Below are positions 11,091 through 24,000 of a stretch of DNA of 40,893 bases, in pieces. This stretch comes from Octopus bimaculoides. Lineage: Eukaryota. The stretch is taken from NCBI RefSeq assembly GCF_001194135.2, contig NC_068982.1, positions 20,136,620 to 20,177,512 on the forward strand, read 5' to 3'. A program made the position numbers and the translations under genes. A model generated the notes under the pieces. The model saw only the letters and a program-made list of their open reading frames with translations. It was not told the origin of the DNA and did not search any database. Within the stretch, counting starts at the first letter, position 1; each line of letters begins with the position of its first letter.

Positions 11091-12477
11091 TCAGCATTTA
11101 CATACATAGTCATCCATAACTCTATAACGAATCAGAGTCAGTTTGGCTTCTATTTTTCATATACATACAATAAAGGTGACATTTAGTTCAAATTATTTTT
11201 ATCCATTCTTTCTCTAAATATACATATATCCTAGTTTAGGTTTTCAAGTTCCCCGCCGAGCTCTTGAAATTAGGTCACATCCAGTGGTTATCTGATATTA
11301 TATTTCCATATCTGGTAATCAACCCAGGAGTTTTAAGCAGCCTTGTTCTCAATTGGACATGGCTCCATAGTACGTTATATAAGTTCTACAAACTTGAGGT
11401 CGCTTAGCAATGGTAATGTAAAATAACCAGTCCTAATTCGTGAATTTCTTTTTAATGGGATTTAAAAAAAAATCCTGACAGTGGTTATCATGAGATGAAA
11501 TGTCACGGAGCCCAACTTGAACTCTTCTGTGAACATTATGCTGCAATCCAATGAATTTCAATACATGTTTAATATACTGTAAGCATATACACAGATGTCA
11601 TACCCATTAAACTTTCTCTATGCAAACACATTGATTCATTCATACACATTCAACTATAAAAGTATTTATCTAAACGTGTATAGGAACTGTGGTGTTAATT
11701 CGTGCGTATACGAGAAGTTGTGCATGCGCAAGAGAGATAGGCGTGAAGAGGGAAAGAAAAATAAATAATAAAAAACATCAGAATGAACTAATTTATAAAT
11801 ACTGCATTTCTTCAGCCGAAACGCTAAATAAAAATCTATCACTTTTATAAATTTATTCTTTTCAGCTACCTTTTGTAAATCAAGTTAACTTTTTCTTTTT
11901 AACCAAATGATTAGGATGTTAAGAGTTTAGACATCAGATCTATATGATATCTAAGGTAGGTCATATTAACTATCGACGGCGTCGACAACGACTACGAGAA
12001 TGGCATTGACAGTGCCGCTGCTGTGGTTGTTGCTGCTGCTTTTGCCAACGAAGCCAGTGTTGAATCTCAGGGCATATAATATTATATCTTATCGTACTCA
12101 AGAACGTAACTGCTTTCAAAATAACTGCTCTCTGTTTCCAAACTTAATTAATACATAGGGAAAATAATTTCAATCAATTCAAGTTACCTTTGAAGTGGAG
12201 ATAATGAGGCGTGCACTAAATTTAAACAAATTTGTTCAAAGCAAACGGGCCACAACTCCGGAATTTTGATTAATTAAAAATTAAATTACGCATGCAATAG
12301 GGAGATGAAAATATTGAGGTTGCATTAATACTGATATAGTTTAATCGGTAAGAAGCACGTAACAGCTTCTAGTTTGGTACAATTTTAATACGCCTACTCA
12401 GCGAAGTTCGAAATTTTCCTGTTCATGCCGACCATCCAATATATGCAAATATGTAATGATAAATCATCACTATACAG

Positions 12478-12479
12478 AG

Positions 12480-12512
<33 letters not shown>

Positions 12513-12570
12513 TACGTATACATATATAAACAGACACATACATAAATACACACATACATACGTACACACA
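12478..12570. repeat. (CA)n microsatellite
   Basis: Direct. Confidence 0.95.
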
Positions 12571-13781
12571 AATGTTATTATTCAGAGCGATTTTTAACAC
12601 CTCTGAAATAATATCTAGCTAGAACGTATTCTCTCCCTTTCAAATCATCGTTTTACGCGGCGATAACCGTTTTCAAAGTGATTCCCAAAATGGAAAAAGT
12701 CACAACCCAACTAAATTAACATCTATATTTGAGATTAATGAATTGTCTACGGGGCCAGTGATGGAGTCTTTAACAGATCACATTTTCTCCTCAAAATTAT
12801 GCACAATCGTCTTCAAAGCAAAAGCAAAATGACCTATTGGATGATGTAATTCTTATTACGCAATGCACAAAAGGACGACATTATATCTTTGACAAAAGCG
12901 CTTATGTTTGTAATACTATACAGCCAGGCATCTTCTGGAACCAAAGAATAATAACAGCAACAACAGCAACATATATTTCACATTGTTTAGGTGAGATGAA
13001 TCAGGGATCTGGCAATGACGATTTTTCTTACGTTGGAAATACAGACTTTGCAGAATATAGCTAAATTTATAACATCTACATATCTGCTATATTATAACAG
13101 AAAGACAACGACTAATGCCGCGATCTTTAATAGCTGTATTCACATATGATGAAATTATATGAAAGAAGGGACGCATCGTGCGTTTTGTGCAAGAAATATT
13201 CGCCGCAATTTTAGCGAATACCACTTGAAATAAATTTTATAAAATGCTTTCATAGTACTTAGATTTCCAAGCTGTTTGAATAGCTTCTTCACAGATTTTC
13301 TCAGCAATTATATCATAATAATAATATAATTGAAACATTCTTCTTCTCGTGATATATGCACTGAGATATTGTCTGCTCTGTGAAGAACTTTAACCACAGA
13401 TACATGCAATACTTTAACCACTAACGTTTTGTAGTTGCAAGCGTTTCTGCTATATTATTTTGGGACAGGCATAAACACTTATACAACATGCAGGATATGT
13501 GAATGAAGCCACATGATACGAAAAATTACTGAGTATCCACCAAAACTTAATCGCATGGTCACAATTTTCAAAATTATTTGTTATCTTACTATGCATTGTT
13601 AAAAGAGAGAAATGAAGCTAAGATACACGAACATATCACATAACAATATAATCTATGATGTTTTCTATGAATTAAATCTCACAAAGTTACCTCTAGGTGG
13701 TAAAGCAACGTAACTAAAACTTCAAAGCAGGGACGTGTGGCTTTGAAAATGCACCGAAAAATCCTTTTGGCGTTGTTATCG

Positions 13782-14290
13782 GTTAGTTAGTTGGCTGCGT
13801 CTCGTGTTTCCGAGCTTGCAATCTTGTTCATTGTCTTGGTTGTTTGAACCGCAGATGGCTCCGCAATCCAAGGGTTACATGAAACATACGGGGACGTTGT
13901 GGAGAAGGNNNNNNNNNNAAGGGTTACATGAAACATACGGGGACGTTGTGGAGAAGGGATAGAAGGGGTTGGTTTGGGAAGGAGGAGGCGCTGCATTCTC
14001 TCCCGTCTCTTGAGTTCAGCTCTTGTGACTCGGGTTTTCTCGAAGTCCACCGAACCCGTTTTGATGGTGTGTCTCCAGAGGGGTCTGTTTGCCGAGATAT
14101 CTTCCCAGTGTGCGGGATCGATGTTGGGGCTTTTCAGTGTTGATTTGAGTTGGTCGTTGTACCGCCTCAAGAGGGCTCCACGAGGATGTTTTCCTTCAGA
14201 CAGTTCACCGTAGAGACAAATCTTGGGAATGCGACGTTCATTCATCCAACGGTTGTGACCTGACCATTGGAGACGATGTTCAATGATCAA
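13782..14290 (-). mobile_element. 5'-truncated RTE (BovB-like) LINE 3' fragment with (CTAA)n-type tail
   Basis: HRLQWSGHNRWMNERRIPKICLYGELSEGKHPRGALLRRYNDQLKSTLK...WEDISANRPLWR is the RTE C-terminal motif set. It ends PSIPSPQRPRMFHVTLGLRSHLRF (decayed CxxC...H finger), followed by a short 3' UTR and CAACTAACTAAC at 13782-13793. Confidence 0.9.
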
Positions 14291-14521
14291 GGCTTCGAAG
14301 CCGTAGCCTGTTGTCTGCTACTCACGAAATAAAAGCCAAATATGCCTAAATCATTTTTTTTCTGTAAACAGATGGATTTCGTATAGTTTTTGAAATAAGA
14401 ATAGTCACAAGAAAAAATTTGAATTTAAATATACTCTATCATAGTTAAACAGGGGAACAAAAAGTAGCAGTAGCAACAATAACAACGATCATTAATTGCA
14501 AGCTTATTACTTTTTTTATTG

Positions 14522-14812
14522 TTTTTATTTTATTTCAGTCATTTGACTGCAGTCATGCTGGAGCACCGCCTTTAGTCGAGCAGATCGACCCCAGGATTTA
14601 TTCTTTGTAAGTTTAGTACTTATTCTATTGGTCTCTTTTGCCCAACATCGGTTGTCAAGTGATGGTGGGGGGAGGGACAACGCACACACATACACACACA
14701 CACACACAAATACGATAGGCTTCTTTCAGTTTCGCCCACCAAATCCACTCACAAGCGTTTGGCCTGGAACCATGTGGTTGAGAAGCAAGCTCCTTACCAC
14801 GCCGCCACGCAC
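14522..14812 (-). mobile_element. SINE family A with two internal deletions (one removes the B-box)
   Basis: Reverse complement aligns to 34306-34664; deletions near 14642 and 14764. Confidence 0.88.
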
Positions 14813-14948
14813 TATGTAAATTTTTAAAACTCCATTGGTGACANNNNNNNNNNNNNNNNNNNNNNNNNNNNNNNNNNNNNNNNNNNNNNNNNNNNNNNNN
14901 NNNNNNNNNNNNNNNNNNNNNNNNNNNNNNNNNTATATATATATATAT

Positions 14949-15125
14949 GGGAGAATGTACGAAAAAAAACAACAACAGACGAGGACAGGTGGTGTAAACA
15001 ACAAAAGGATGTATTAGTTTGACGCTCGAGAATACAGAAAGTCTTTAACGTTTCGAGCTACACTCTTCAACGGAAAGAATACGGAGAAAACAAGGAGAAA
15101 AACACGGAGAAAAAAAATTGAATGG
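14949..15125 (-). mobile_element. Penelope-like terminal repeat (pLTR) fragment abutting (TA)n
   Basis: Similar to 30391-30570, 30600-30745 and 36901-37097; contains TTGAAGAGTGTAGCTCGAAACGTT and ends TTCTCCC-(TA)n. PLE assignment is inferred from the hammerhead-like core. Confidence 0.6.
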
Positions 15126-16935
15126 TGTTAATGTAAAAAATATCTGAGCAAATGATGGGGTATTTAGTCGTTAGCGTAATTAAGAAGGGAAATTTTGCCA
15201 CTGAGTTTCTTGTGAATGTGATCGTGATCCCCTTCCCATGTCTACTATGTGAGAATGGAAAATTCACGAATGATTGCTGTATTTGTTTACAGCGTTAAGT
15301 TAGTTCGAGCGCACGTCTCCAAAAGTATGACGTCCTCGTGATTCGTTTCATGTAAATAAAGAGTTTTGTAGTTCACTTGCCAGTTAATGGAGTTATAATA
15401 ATCAGACTTTTTCCCGGTTAATTTGACTTCTATTTTATAAGTAATGCTAACACTTCATGGAATACTTAGTTGTGTTTTCTTTTCATAATTCACGGTGATT
15501 TCATCACGTTAACTATAAATCCCATTTACATTATAAACTCCATTTTGATGCAGATTAGTGCACCAGTTTACATTTACATGTATTTCGTGTGTATTTTTTC
15601 ATTTTGTAAGTACGTAAATGTTTTATAGAAGCAGAAAAAAAAACAAACAAATATTAGCTAGTTAAGAGGGAGCATAATCATAACATATTTAAGAGAAAAT
15701 TGTTATTTCCACAAAAAATGATAAACGAATATAACGAAAAGAGATAAACGCAATCTAAATAAACCAGTGCAAGCAAACAGGCATGATTATCCTGTAAACA
15801 TTGTATTGTCTCAGCTTCTTCCATATAAAAAAATAAAATCACATAAAACGTTGCTGCCTAATCTACTAAGAGGAAATTTAGTTTCTCTGCTTACTTAGAT
15901 GTAGCCTAATTGTATTTTCGTGATCTAGGTCAGCCACAGTAGAAAAATCTATTCATTGCATCTCCCTTGTTTTTGTTGGTTATGCGTTCAGTCTTTTTTT
16001 TTATGTCTGAAAAATCTCTCCATCGTTCTTTTTTTTTATTTTTTAACTATGTCTCAAGATATACATTTTCTGTTTGTTTTTCCCCCTTTATTCGTGCTAT
16101 CGATAAATCAAATGTTTATCTACCACATACTATGCTTGTTTATCTGCTTTCATTTAACGTTATATAGAAGAAAGGTCAAAACCATATCTGATGGAGTAGA
16201 AGACATAACATTTGCCCCACATACACAAGTGTGAAACACTGTAAGCAAGATGTAGAGCTAGAAAACGCGAGAGGGAAATGAAAAACAAATGGAACAGGAT
16301 ATAATGAAAAGTGTTTCGGTCTTTTTACTAAATATAGCGTATATCATGTATTTTTAAAAGAAATAATTGTATAAAATAAAATACAGATGCATTTTCAAAA
16401 ATGTATACGTGCACTTAGGGAACCTATTTAATAATAGCCGAAGACATATACACATACATACAAAGAGAGTTTATGCAGAAGTGCGCACATACAAATACAT
16501 AGATATTCAAAGACACATAAAGAGTATAAAAGAACAAAACACAAATGCACTTTTCAAAAAGTCAATATATGCACTAGGTGAACCTACTGTAATAACAAAT
16601 AGCCGAACGCATTTACACACTTAAGAAGAGAGTTCACATATATCTCATAAACACACACGCTTGAACGTCAATACTATTTTATATATCATTCATGTCCTTT
16701 GAAAATTTTCATTTACTGAGTTCCATCAAGTGAAGTACTTAATTACTTTATTCTTTTCTTTTAAGAGTAGAATTAATAAATTATTTTAAGATATGAACTA
16801 TTATGGGAAATTTTGAATAATATTGAGGTTTAGTACGTTACATTTCTGTAAAAGACATTTTATTCCCTAGCAACCGCATATACAACATAAGGTTAACCGA
16901 AGGATTGTAAAGCTAGTTAAACTATATAGTATGAT

Positions 16936-17187
16936 TTATCAATTTTTACCATCCTCAAGAGATTCCTTATTTAATATTCAAACATGTGATCGGTACCAGT
17001 TATTCGTGCAGAATAACATTTACATATATATATATATATGCATACATACATATCTACACATGTATTATCAAATTTTACCATCATCGAGAGATTCCTTATT
17101 TAATATTTAAACATGAGATCGGTACCAGTTATTCATGCAGAATAACATTTACATATATACATGCATACATACATATCTACACACATA
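16936..17187. repeat. Tandem duplication, 129-nt period, 2 copies
   Basis: Units start at 16936 and 17065 (TTATCAA.TTTTACCATC.TC.AGAGATTCC...), with a few substitutions and different (TA)n lengths. Confidence 0.9.
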
Positions 17188-17849
17188 GATACAGGCCATA
17201 GCCACTCGTAATATGAAAGAGCACTGGTGGAAACATTAATAAAATATAAACATAATAGACCAGGCACAGTGACTTGGGGCAGAAAAAAAGAAATTGTGCA
17301 CAATAGTGGAAATCAGCTGTGAAGTGAATATCATCATAAAGCTAAAGGCCAGTGAAAAAGAAAACTCCTACGCTGATCAATTGAGAAACAGTTACTCTAC
17401 CCAGTTTACAAGTTCAGGTTTATACCTATAACTATTGGGGCACTAGGATATGTAACACACTGCCTACGCACCAACCTTAAGAAATTAATCTTCACAAAAT
17501 CTGAAAGGGGAAAGATAATCCGAAGACCACAGATTCAAGCCATCAGTGGAACTGTAAAATTTGTAAAGCTTTCCAGAAGTTTAGTATTTGGGTATATACA
17601 CGCATATCTAGACATGAAACTATGTGTATGAGAATCCATACATAAAATAAATCATGCAAATCTACTCATGCACGAACTCCAAATACTGCACAATACAGCG
17701 TACACACGCGAATACGTTGTTGATGTTGTTGAAATTTCAATGAGTGTTGGATCTAGGTTAGAAACCGTGTCTTTCAATTTGGGCAAGAAATTTTGAAGTG
17801 AAACTGAATAATGATATACCGTGTGGTGTAGCGTCAGTTTATGATATTC

Positions 17850-18310
17850 TAGTTTGAAGGCTACATCCATGCAATCCCTGAGCAAGAGATTCCCACCAAG
17901 TATCTACAACATAGAAGACAGGAAACGTTGAGAAACAAGTGCAGGCTTTGCAAGATCTAGACTGAAGACATAAACCACATTATTCCCAACTATGAAAAAA
18001 TATCTTCCAGATGTTACCTTCTCAAGAGGCATAATGTGGTGGCTAAAACGGTTTGGAACAGGATAACAAGAAAGGAAATACACACAAACAAAGCTGACCA
18101 TATTGAAACCGATGGATCAAAGCAATATTNNNNNNNNNNGGTTTGGAACAGGATAACAAGAAAGGAAATACACACAAACAAAGCTGACCATATTGAAACC
18201 GATGGATCAAAGCAATATTGGTGAACTTAAAAATTAAAACAGGCACCTATTTAAGACACAACCTGATAGATATCGTTGTGTGGGATTACAAGGAAAAAAA
18301 TACGTTCAGT
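17850..18310 (+). mobile_element. R4/Dong-like (RLE-type) non-LTR retrotransposon fragment: CCHC finger and start of the restriction-like endonuclease
   Basis: FEGYIHAIPEQEIPTKYLQHRRQETLRNKCRLCKI*TEDINHIIPNYEKISSRCYLLKRHNVVAKTVW from 17853 (Cx2C-x8-H finger plus the RH motif), then RHNLIDIVVWDYKEK near 18255-18300 (equivalent to HNRPDIVVWD). Confidence 0.85.
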
Positions 18311-18501
18311 TGACCTCTGGACACGCGCACAGACAGACAGACAGACAGACACACACACACACAAATATACACACACAAATACACACACACACACACACAA
18401 ACACACACTAGCTTCAGTCAAAGGTATGACGTAGTGTCTGATACACACTAGATGTTTTGATGGCAGAAATAGTATTCCGGTCTACCTAACTTTATTGAGC
18501 A

Positions 18502-19338
18502 CTAGCAGAAATACCCGGCGTTGCCCGGGTTAAAGAGAATAATGAAATCTAAAAACGCCGTCTAGACTACGCATCATCTTTATATATAAAAGAAGGTGAT
18601 CATGTACATACTTTCTTGCTGTTGTGATTATAACACCTCATTGTAAACTATGTTCCTTGGTTTCCCTTGTGGAGCATATACAAATAGGTTTTTTGTTGCT
18701 GCCCACTCTTGAGCAGCCAACATACAGTTGTCCATGTGAGAAGCAGGGCTCTTTCAAGAGAAGACCAGCTACAGACAGTGTTTGACCCTGATATTTGTTT
18801 ATGGACATGGCAAAAGTCACACGAAGGGGGAATTGTAGTCTTCTGAATGTAAAAGGAATGTNNNNNNNNNNNNNNNNNNNNNNNNNNNNNNNNNNNNNNN
18901 NNNNNNNNNNNNNNNNNNNNNNNNNNNNNNNNNNNNNNNNNNNNNNNNNNNNNNNNNNNNNNNNNNNNNNNNNNNNNNNNNNNNNNNNNNNNNNNNNNNN
19001 NNNNNNNNNNNNNNNNNNNNNNNNNNNNNNNNNNNNNNNNNNNNNNNNNNNNNNNNNNNNNNNNNNNNNNNNNNNNNNNNNNNNNNNNNNNNNNNNNNNN
19101 NNNNNNNNNNNNNNNNNNNNNNNNNNNNNNNNNNNNNNNNNNNNNNNNNNNNNNNNNNNNNNNNNNNNNNNNNNNNNNNNNNNNNNNNNNNNNNNNNNNN
19201 NNNNNNNNNNNNNNNNNNNNNNNNNNNNNNNNNNNNNNNNNNNNNNNNNNNNNNNNNNNNNNNNNNNNNNNNNNNNNNNNNNNNNNNNNNNNNNNNNNNN
19301 NNNNNNNNNNNNNNNNNNNNNNNNNNNNNNNNNCTCTT

Positions 19339-19371
<33 letters not shown>

Positions 19372-19452
19372 TTCTCTCTCTCTCTCTCTGAAAGTATCTG
19401 TCATTACAGTATCGAAATGGTGTACATATACATGTATATGTATACATATACA

Positions 19453-19485
<33 letters not shown>

Positions 19486-19777
19486 CTTTCTCCCTTTCTC
19501 TCTCTGTGAAAGTATCTGTCACTATAGTATCGAAATGTGATTGTTTCAGTTAGTGGAATAGTTTCATTTTTAAAGTGAAAGTATTTGACATGAGTGTTTT
19601 TGTTTCACTTTTGACACGTAATACTTAAATAGTGGAGGAGATATTATGTTGCCGTGTGCTCGAACTCTGCAAGAAGTTAATAATTGGAACCCTAAGTTAA
19701 TAACTGGAACCCTAAGTAAGGCATGTGTAAAATTTGAATGAAATTGGTTGCGTAGTTCTCGAGTTTTAGGGATTCAC

Positions 19778-19808
<31 letters not shown>

Positions 19809-19831
19809 TACAGACACACATNNNNNNNNNN

Positions 19832-19865
<34 letters not shown>

Positions 19866-19943
19866 CACATACAGACCGACATACCGACAGACATACATAC
19901 AGACAGACAGACAGACACACATTCTCATTTTTATATATATAGA
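18502..19943 (-). mobile_element. Non-autonomous Helitron (internal deletion derivative) with both termini
   Basis: 5' end A|TCTATATATATAAAAATGAGAATGTG-(TCTG)n at 19943; 3' hairpin ACCCGG-N6-CCGGGT (18513-18530) followed 7 nt later by CTAG|T at 18502. Insertion between A and T with no TSD. Confidence 0.9.
18628..18860 (-). pseudogene. C-terminal fragment of Helitron RepHel Pif1-family helicase
   Basis: IPFTFRRLQFPLRVTFAMSINKYQGQTLSVAGLLLKEPCFSHGQLYVGCSRVG (Pif1 C-terminal motifs). Removing one A from an A-run restores SNKNLFVYAPQGKPRNIVYNEVL* (TAA 18628-18630). Confidence 0.92.
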
Positions 19944-20808
19944 TTCCATCTTCATAAATTACATTCTACTCAAGTCTAACATTATAGTACATCATATATA
20001 CGCGTGTTCCAACCTTTGACTGAAAGCAATAAAAGGATAAATGAATATACAAAGTTTGCTTGGACGTATTTTTCCAGGCCCTTTGCGAATCAAGCATCGT
20101 AGTAACTGATGAGCAATCACAAGAAATAAAAAAAGATTCCAGTGTTTTCTGAATTACTCTTCATCAGCAAAGCCCTCTTTAAGAACTCTGTTGAAATCTC
20201 ATGCCAATAAAGGTGGACTTAAGACGGCGTTTCACTTTCTTTCTCACCCGTCGACACTAGAGTTACAACGCCTTGGCACTATTCCTTCTAATGTAGTCGA
20301 TGTCATTAAATTAATGACATTACCATGGTCCTCTGAGGTACTGATAAGACCTCAAGTTACTGACATAGTTAGGAACAGAATGAACTTAGTGATAATAATA
20401 TTCCACTGTGGCAGCTTGTCTTATTATATATGAGTATATACTATTCCCAATATATTCTATTTATTTTAGGTTTAATGTTATTCCTACCACGTATGATTAT
20501 TTCCGTCTCATCTTCAAATATATATATTTAGTGATAATTTGTGTGAAACATTACTGTTTTTTCTCCAAGGCGGGATTTCATTCGAATAAGAATTCATTTC
20601 TCCCTGTGTCTCTGTGAATTTCATTAACGAAATTTGCCACCACAAGCCACTATTAACATTAGCTCTGTCGCTTCACCTTCATTGTTATTTATGATTTATG
20701 GATATTTAACAACATAACACTAATAACCATCACCTCATCATCACTATCCTCCTTGTCATAATAATCAATATCATTATCCTGGACGTTGTTGATGTTCACG
20801 TCGACGTC

Positions 20809-20832
20809 CTCCTCCTCCTCCTCCTCCTCCTC

Positions 20833-20917
<85 letters not shown>

Positions 20918-20950
20918 GTAACATTCATCTCTTTCTCATCATCATCATCA
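20809..20950. repeat. (CTC)n, (ATG)n and (ATC)n trinucleotide array containing a perfect 74-bp palindrome
   Basis: (ATG)n at 20833-20869 is the exact reverse complement of 20870-20906. Confidence 0.95.
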
Positions 20951-21149
20951 TTTTGTTTTTTTTTGCATTATCTTTATATTTTTCCGAACTTGGATTAAAG
21001 TTCTGTATATTACTCACCCTCCCCTGAGTTAATGAGTTGCCTCCGTTAATGTCTTCTAGTAAAATAAAAGCTGCCTTTTATATCACATTTAAATATACTT
21101 GCTACTTCGTTACACTACCCTATTCTGTTTCACAATGTGGAAATACTCA

Positions 21150-24000
21150 TTTTTCTTTCCCATATAGATACCCACTCATTTCTAAATGCGAGTACATTTT
21201 GTCTATGCAGGAATAATATGGAGGATTTCGTCTTTATAATTTTAGACTTGTTTGCTTAATATAGAATTGAGATTTTGTGCTGTTTCCTTCTACACTAAAT
21301 CTTTACAGCGAAGTCAGTAATTGTCAATCTGTCGCTTAATTTTTAAGTTGCTTCACTTCTTGATGCAATGATGGTGAAGTGATATCATATTTTTATGTTT
21401 TCTCTGTATCATTCCTTTAGTAAATACGCTATATTTCTGTATCTAAATTATGTTTTAGCTTTAAAGATTCCTGTTCTTTGATTCTGATTTAAATGTATAT
21501 TCCAGTAGAATTATCTGTTGTGTAGTTTGCCACTTTGATTTCCATTCTACATGGATATTTTCTCTTGCTTTCTTTTTATGTTGTTTTAATATAGTAGTTA
21601 GTTCGCCCTTGTTTGCATACAATTATTTATCTAGATGAACTATCATGACTCTGATGCCACTTTATTGATAAAAAATTGATCGCGCTATGGACATGACATC
21701 TATATCGATTTTTGGGTTAATAATCTTGGAGTACTTGTGGTAGTCTTCTGGAATTGGGGCCTGATTACTTCAAGCAAGGAAATCGCCAATTTATTGAACT
21801 AGCGGTGCAGTTTACAACGAGCGAGTTTGTCCAGTTTATTTTCCGTTAACCTGTTATCTTACACTGTGTTCATTTAATCATATTTTAAGACGTGTTCTGG
21901 CCGAATGTGTAATTTGTTGGAGAAAGTGAATCATAGTGATTGGTTATAGTATTTAAAATTCTGAATTGAAATTCTCCAATGTTCAAATGCATTCTCTATC
22001 ATTCTGGTGTTGAGAACTTGAAGGAACAGTCAAATACTGGGGTCTTAAGTGTATATAGCCATACTATAATGTGAAACCAGATGTCAAATGTAACATATGA
22101 GTCTTATACAGATGTATTACAAATGTGTCCCTTAATATCTGTACTTTTCATCTTATGTGTTTCCTTTATATCTAATTACGAAAATTGGTGAAGTTGCCAT
22201 AATTCTTTGCCTTAAGTTACGTATATAACTAAATACATTGGTTTTTCAGCCATCTTTTCTGACAGAAACTTTGGTATATTTTATTATCATCATTTCCCAT
22301 TTTATATCACCTCAGAGTTCATGTGTAATTTCCAGTTAGGTCTCCTTCTTTGCGCTTTGTTTTCAGTTTAAATAGAGCGCATAAATTAGATAGTATATAG
22401 ACACTACATATAATGTATAGCCATGTAGTTTAATTCACTTAACACGTCGAAGGCATAAGAGAATAACAAAAAGATTTTGAGGATGTTGAATCTCCATAAA
22501 AAATGGTTTTCCATTTTGAAACGTGTTCTTTTTATTGTTTTTATCATGCGATGCAATTGAAGTTTTACCAATTTGATATACCCCAGTAAATACACTGTCG
22601 TAATTTTATGGCTGCTTTGTTTTAATAAATCATCTATATTGTCTAGAGGTGCGGTATTCTGTCAAAATCCTTTCCAATAATCAATCGATACCGTGTTTAG
22701 TTCTATCTTTATTGTTAGAAACAACTTTTCGGTTCAACAATAACATTTACTTACGATCAAACATCAATTTCAGGTACCTTTCGTGTTCTTATAGTAAGAG
22801 GTCATAATTTTCCAGATCAGCAGGCAGCCTGTTTGTAAATATATATTTGTATATGTTTGCAGCACATGCCTATGGTTTGTTAATAGACGCTTTTGTTTCG
22901 AGTAATTTATATAGTAATATTGCTTTCTCCTGTATTTAACAATCTAGTGTTGATTCTTCTCATTGTAGTAATTCTTTAAATTGTGTTGCTTCTGCTTCCT
23001 GTGAAATTCACCGTACATAATTGTCGCAACAATTGGGGATTTATCAATTCCGGTGCCTTTCAAATGCTAATTGGCTTCATTGATAAATGTCCTATTAGCC
23101 ACGTTGGAACGGTGAACGGAAATAAAATTACAGGAAAAAAAGACACGGAAAAATGTCAGAATTCTAACTCGAAAAAATGTTACAAAAACGTCAGCTTTCA
23201 TTTAAATACCATAAATACTAGTTAAAGGAGGGGAAGAAATAAGCTTCAAACCGTTCATTAACTGACAATATTTGACGTGCAAACAATTATAACATTTATA
23301 CAATGCCATTACCCATCTTTGGAAAAGCAATAATACCAAGCCTTAAATAAAACATAGAAATACAAAGAAAAACACCGAAGCCATAATTAAAACTTCACAG
23401 TGACTATGTTTTCTTTTGGGATTTTGAACCATTCAAGAAGTTCATAGCATATTCCCCATTGTTTTCAATTCTATATCTCTCTATTACGCTTTACGTTTCC
23501 GGCAATCTGTTTAGAATATATGGTTGTATTTAGATTATTGTTATTGAGTCTTCATGTGTAGCTTTTGTTGATGAGACGGTTGAAGCGTTTTATTTTAGTC
23601 ACTGGTATTTCTTGTTAGACGAAGCGGTGATCACATTCTTTAAAACGTTTGAACACGCATCCTTTTGATTTTTCCATTTCATCTGAGATTTTCCATTAGA
23701 TATATCTCAAGTGACCTATTTTCTTGATATATAATCTACTATGTTCCTTCGTTCAATATGAGTTTTCTTCTTAGTTCTCTTATTAAATATACACAAGTAT
23801 GACTTTTGTGTATTTTCTTAATTTGCTGATCTTGGTCCCATTTGAAACAAACCCACTTATACTGCTTAATGCTATAGCTATCGTTTAAATCACCTCATTA
23901 ATTAATGAATATTTGTAATTATTTAGGCAATAACAGTTTCCCTGGGGGCTGAGGTGATTTCGTTTCTCTAATTCACTGATTTATAATTGAGTTCTTCCTA
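21150..24000 (-). mobile_element. Very old R4/Dong-like LINE RT remnant; boundaries approximate
   Basis: Minus-strand frameshifted motifs IDYWKG/FDRIPH (22692-22646; cf. IDYxKAFDSVPH), IFYGDSTSSKSFCYSLMP (about 22505-22450; cf. IFQGDSLSPLLFCLxLxP) and NPKIDIDVMSIARS (21718-21678; cf. HPKxDxDRLY) occur in the expected order and spacing. Confidence 0.6.

Noticed and set aside
13870-13957. Exact 39-nt duplication flanking a 10-N gap
   Set aside because: Unmerged contig overlap (assembly artefact); removing it restores the RTE reading frame.
17652-18101. Minus-strand ORFs 17652-17885 and 17904-18101
   Set aside because: Largely antisense shadows of the R4/Dong-like fragment on the plus strand.
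18050-18219. Exact 80-nt duplication flanking a 10-N gap
   Set aside because: Same artefact signature: identical copies on either side of a nominal 10-N spacer.
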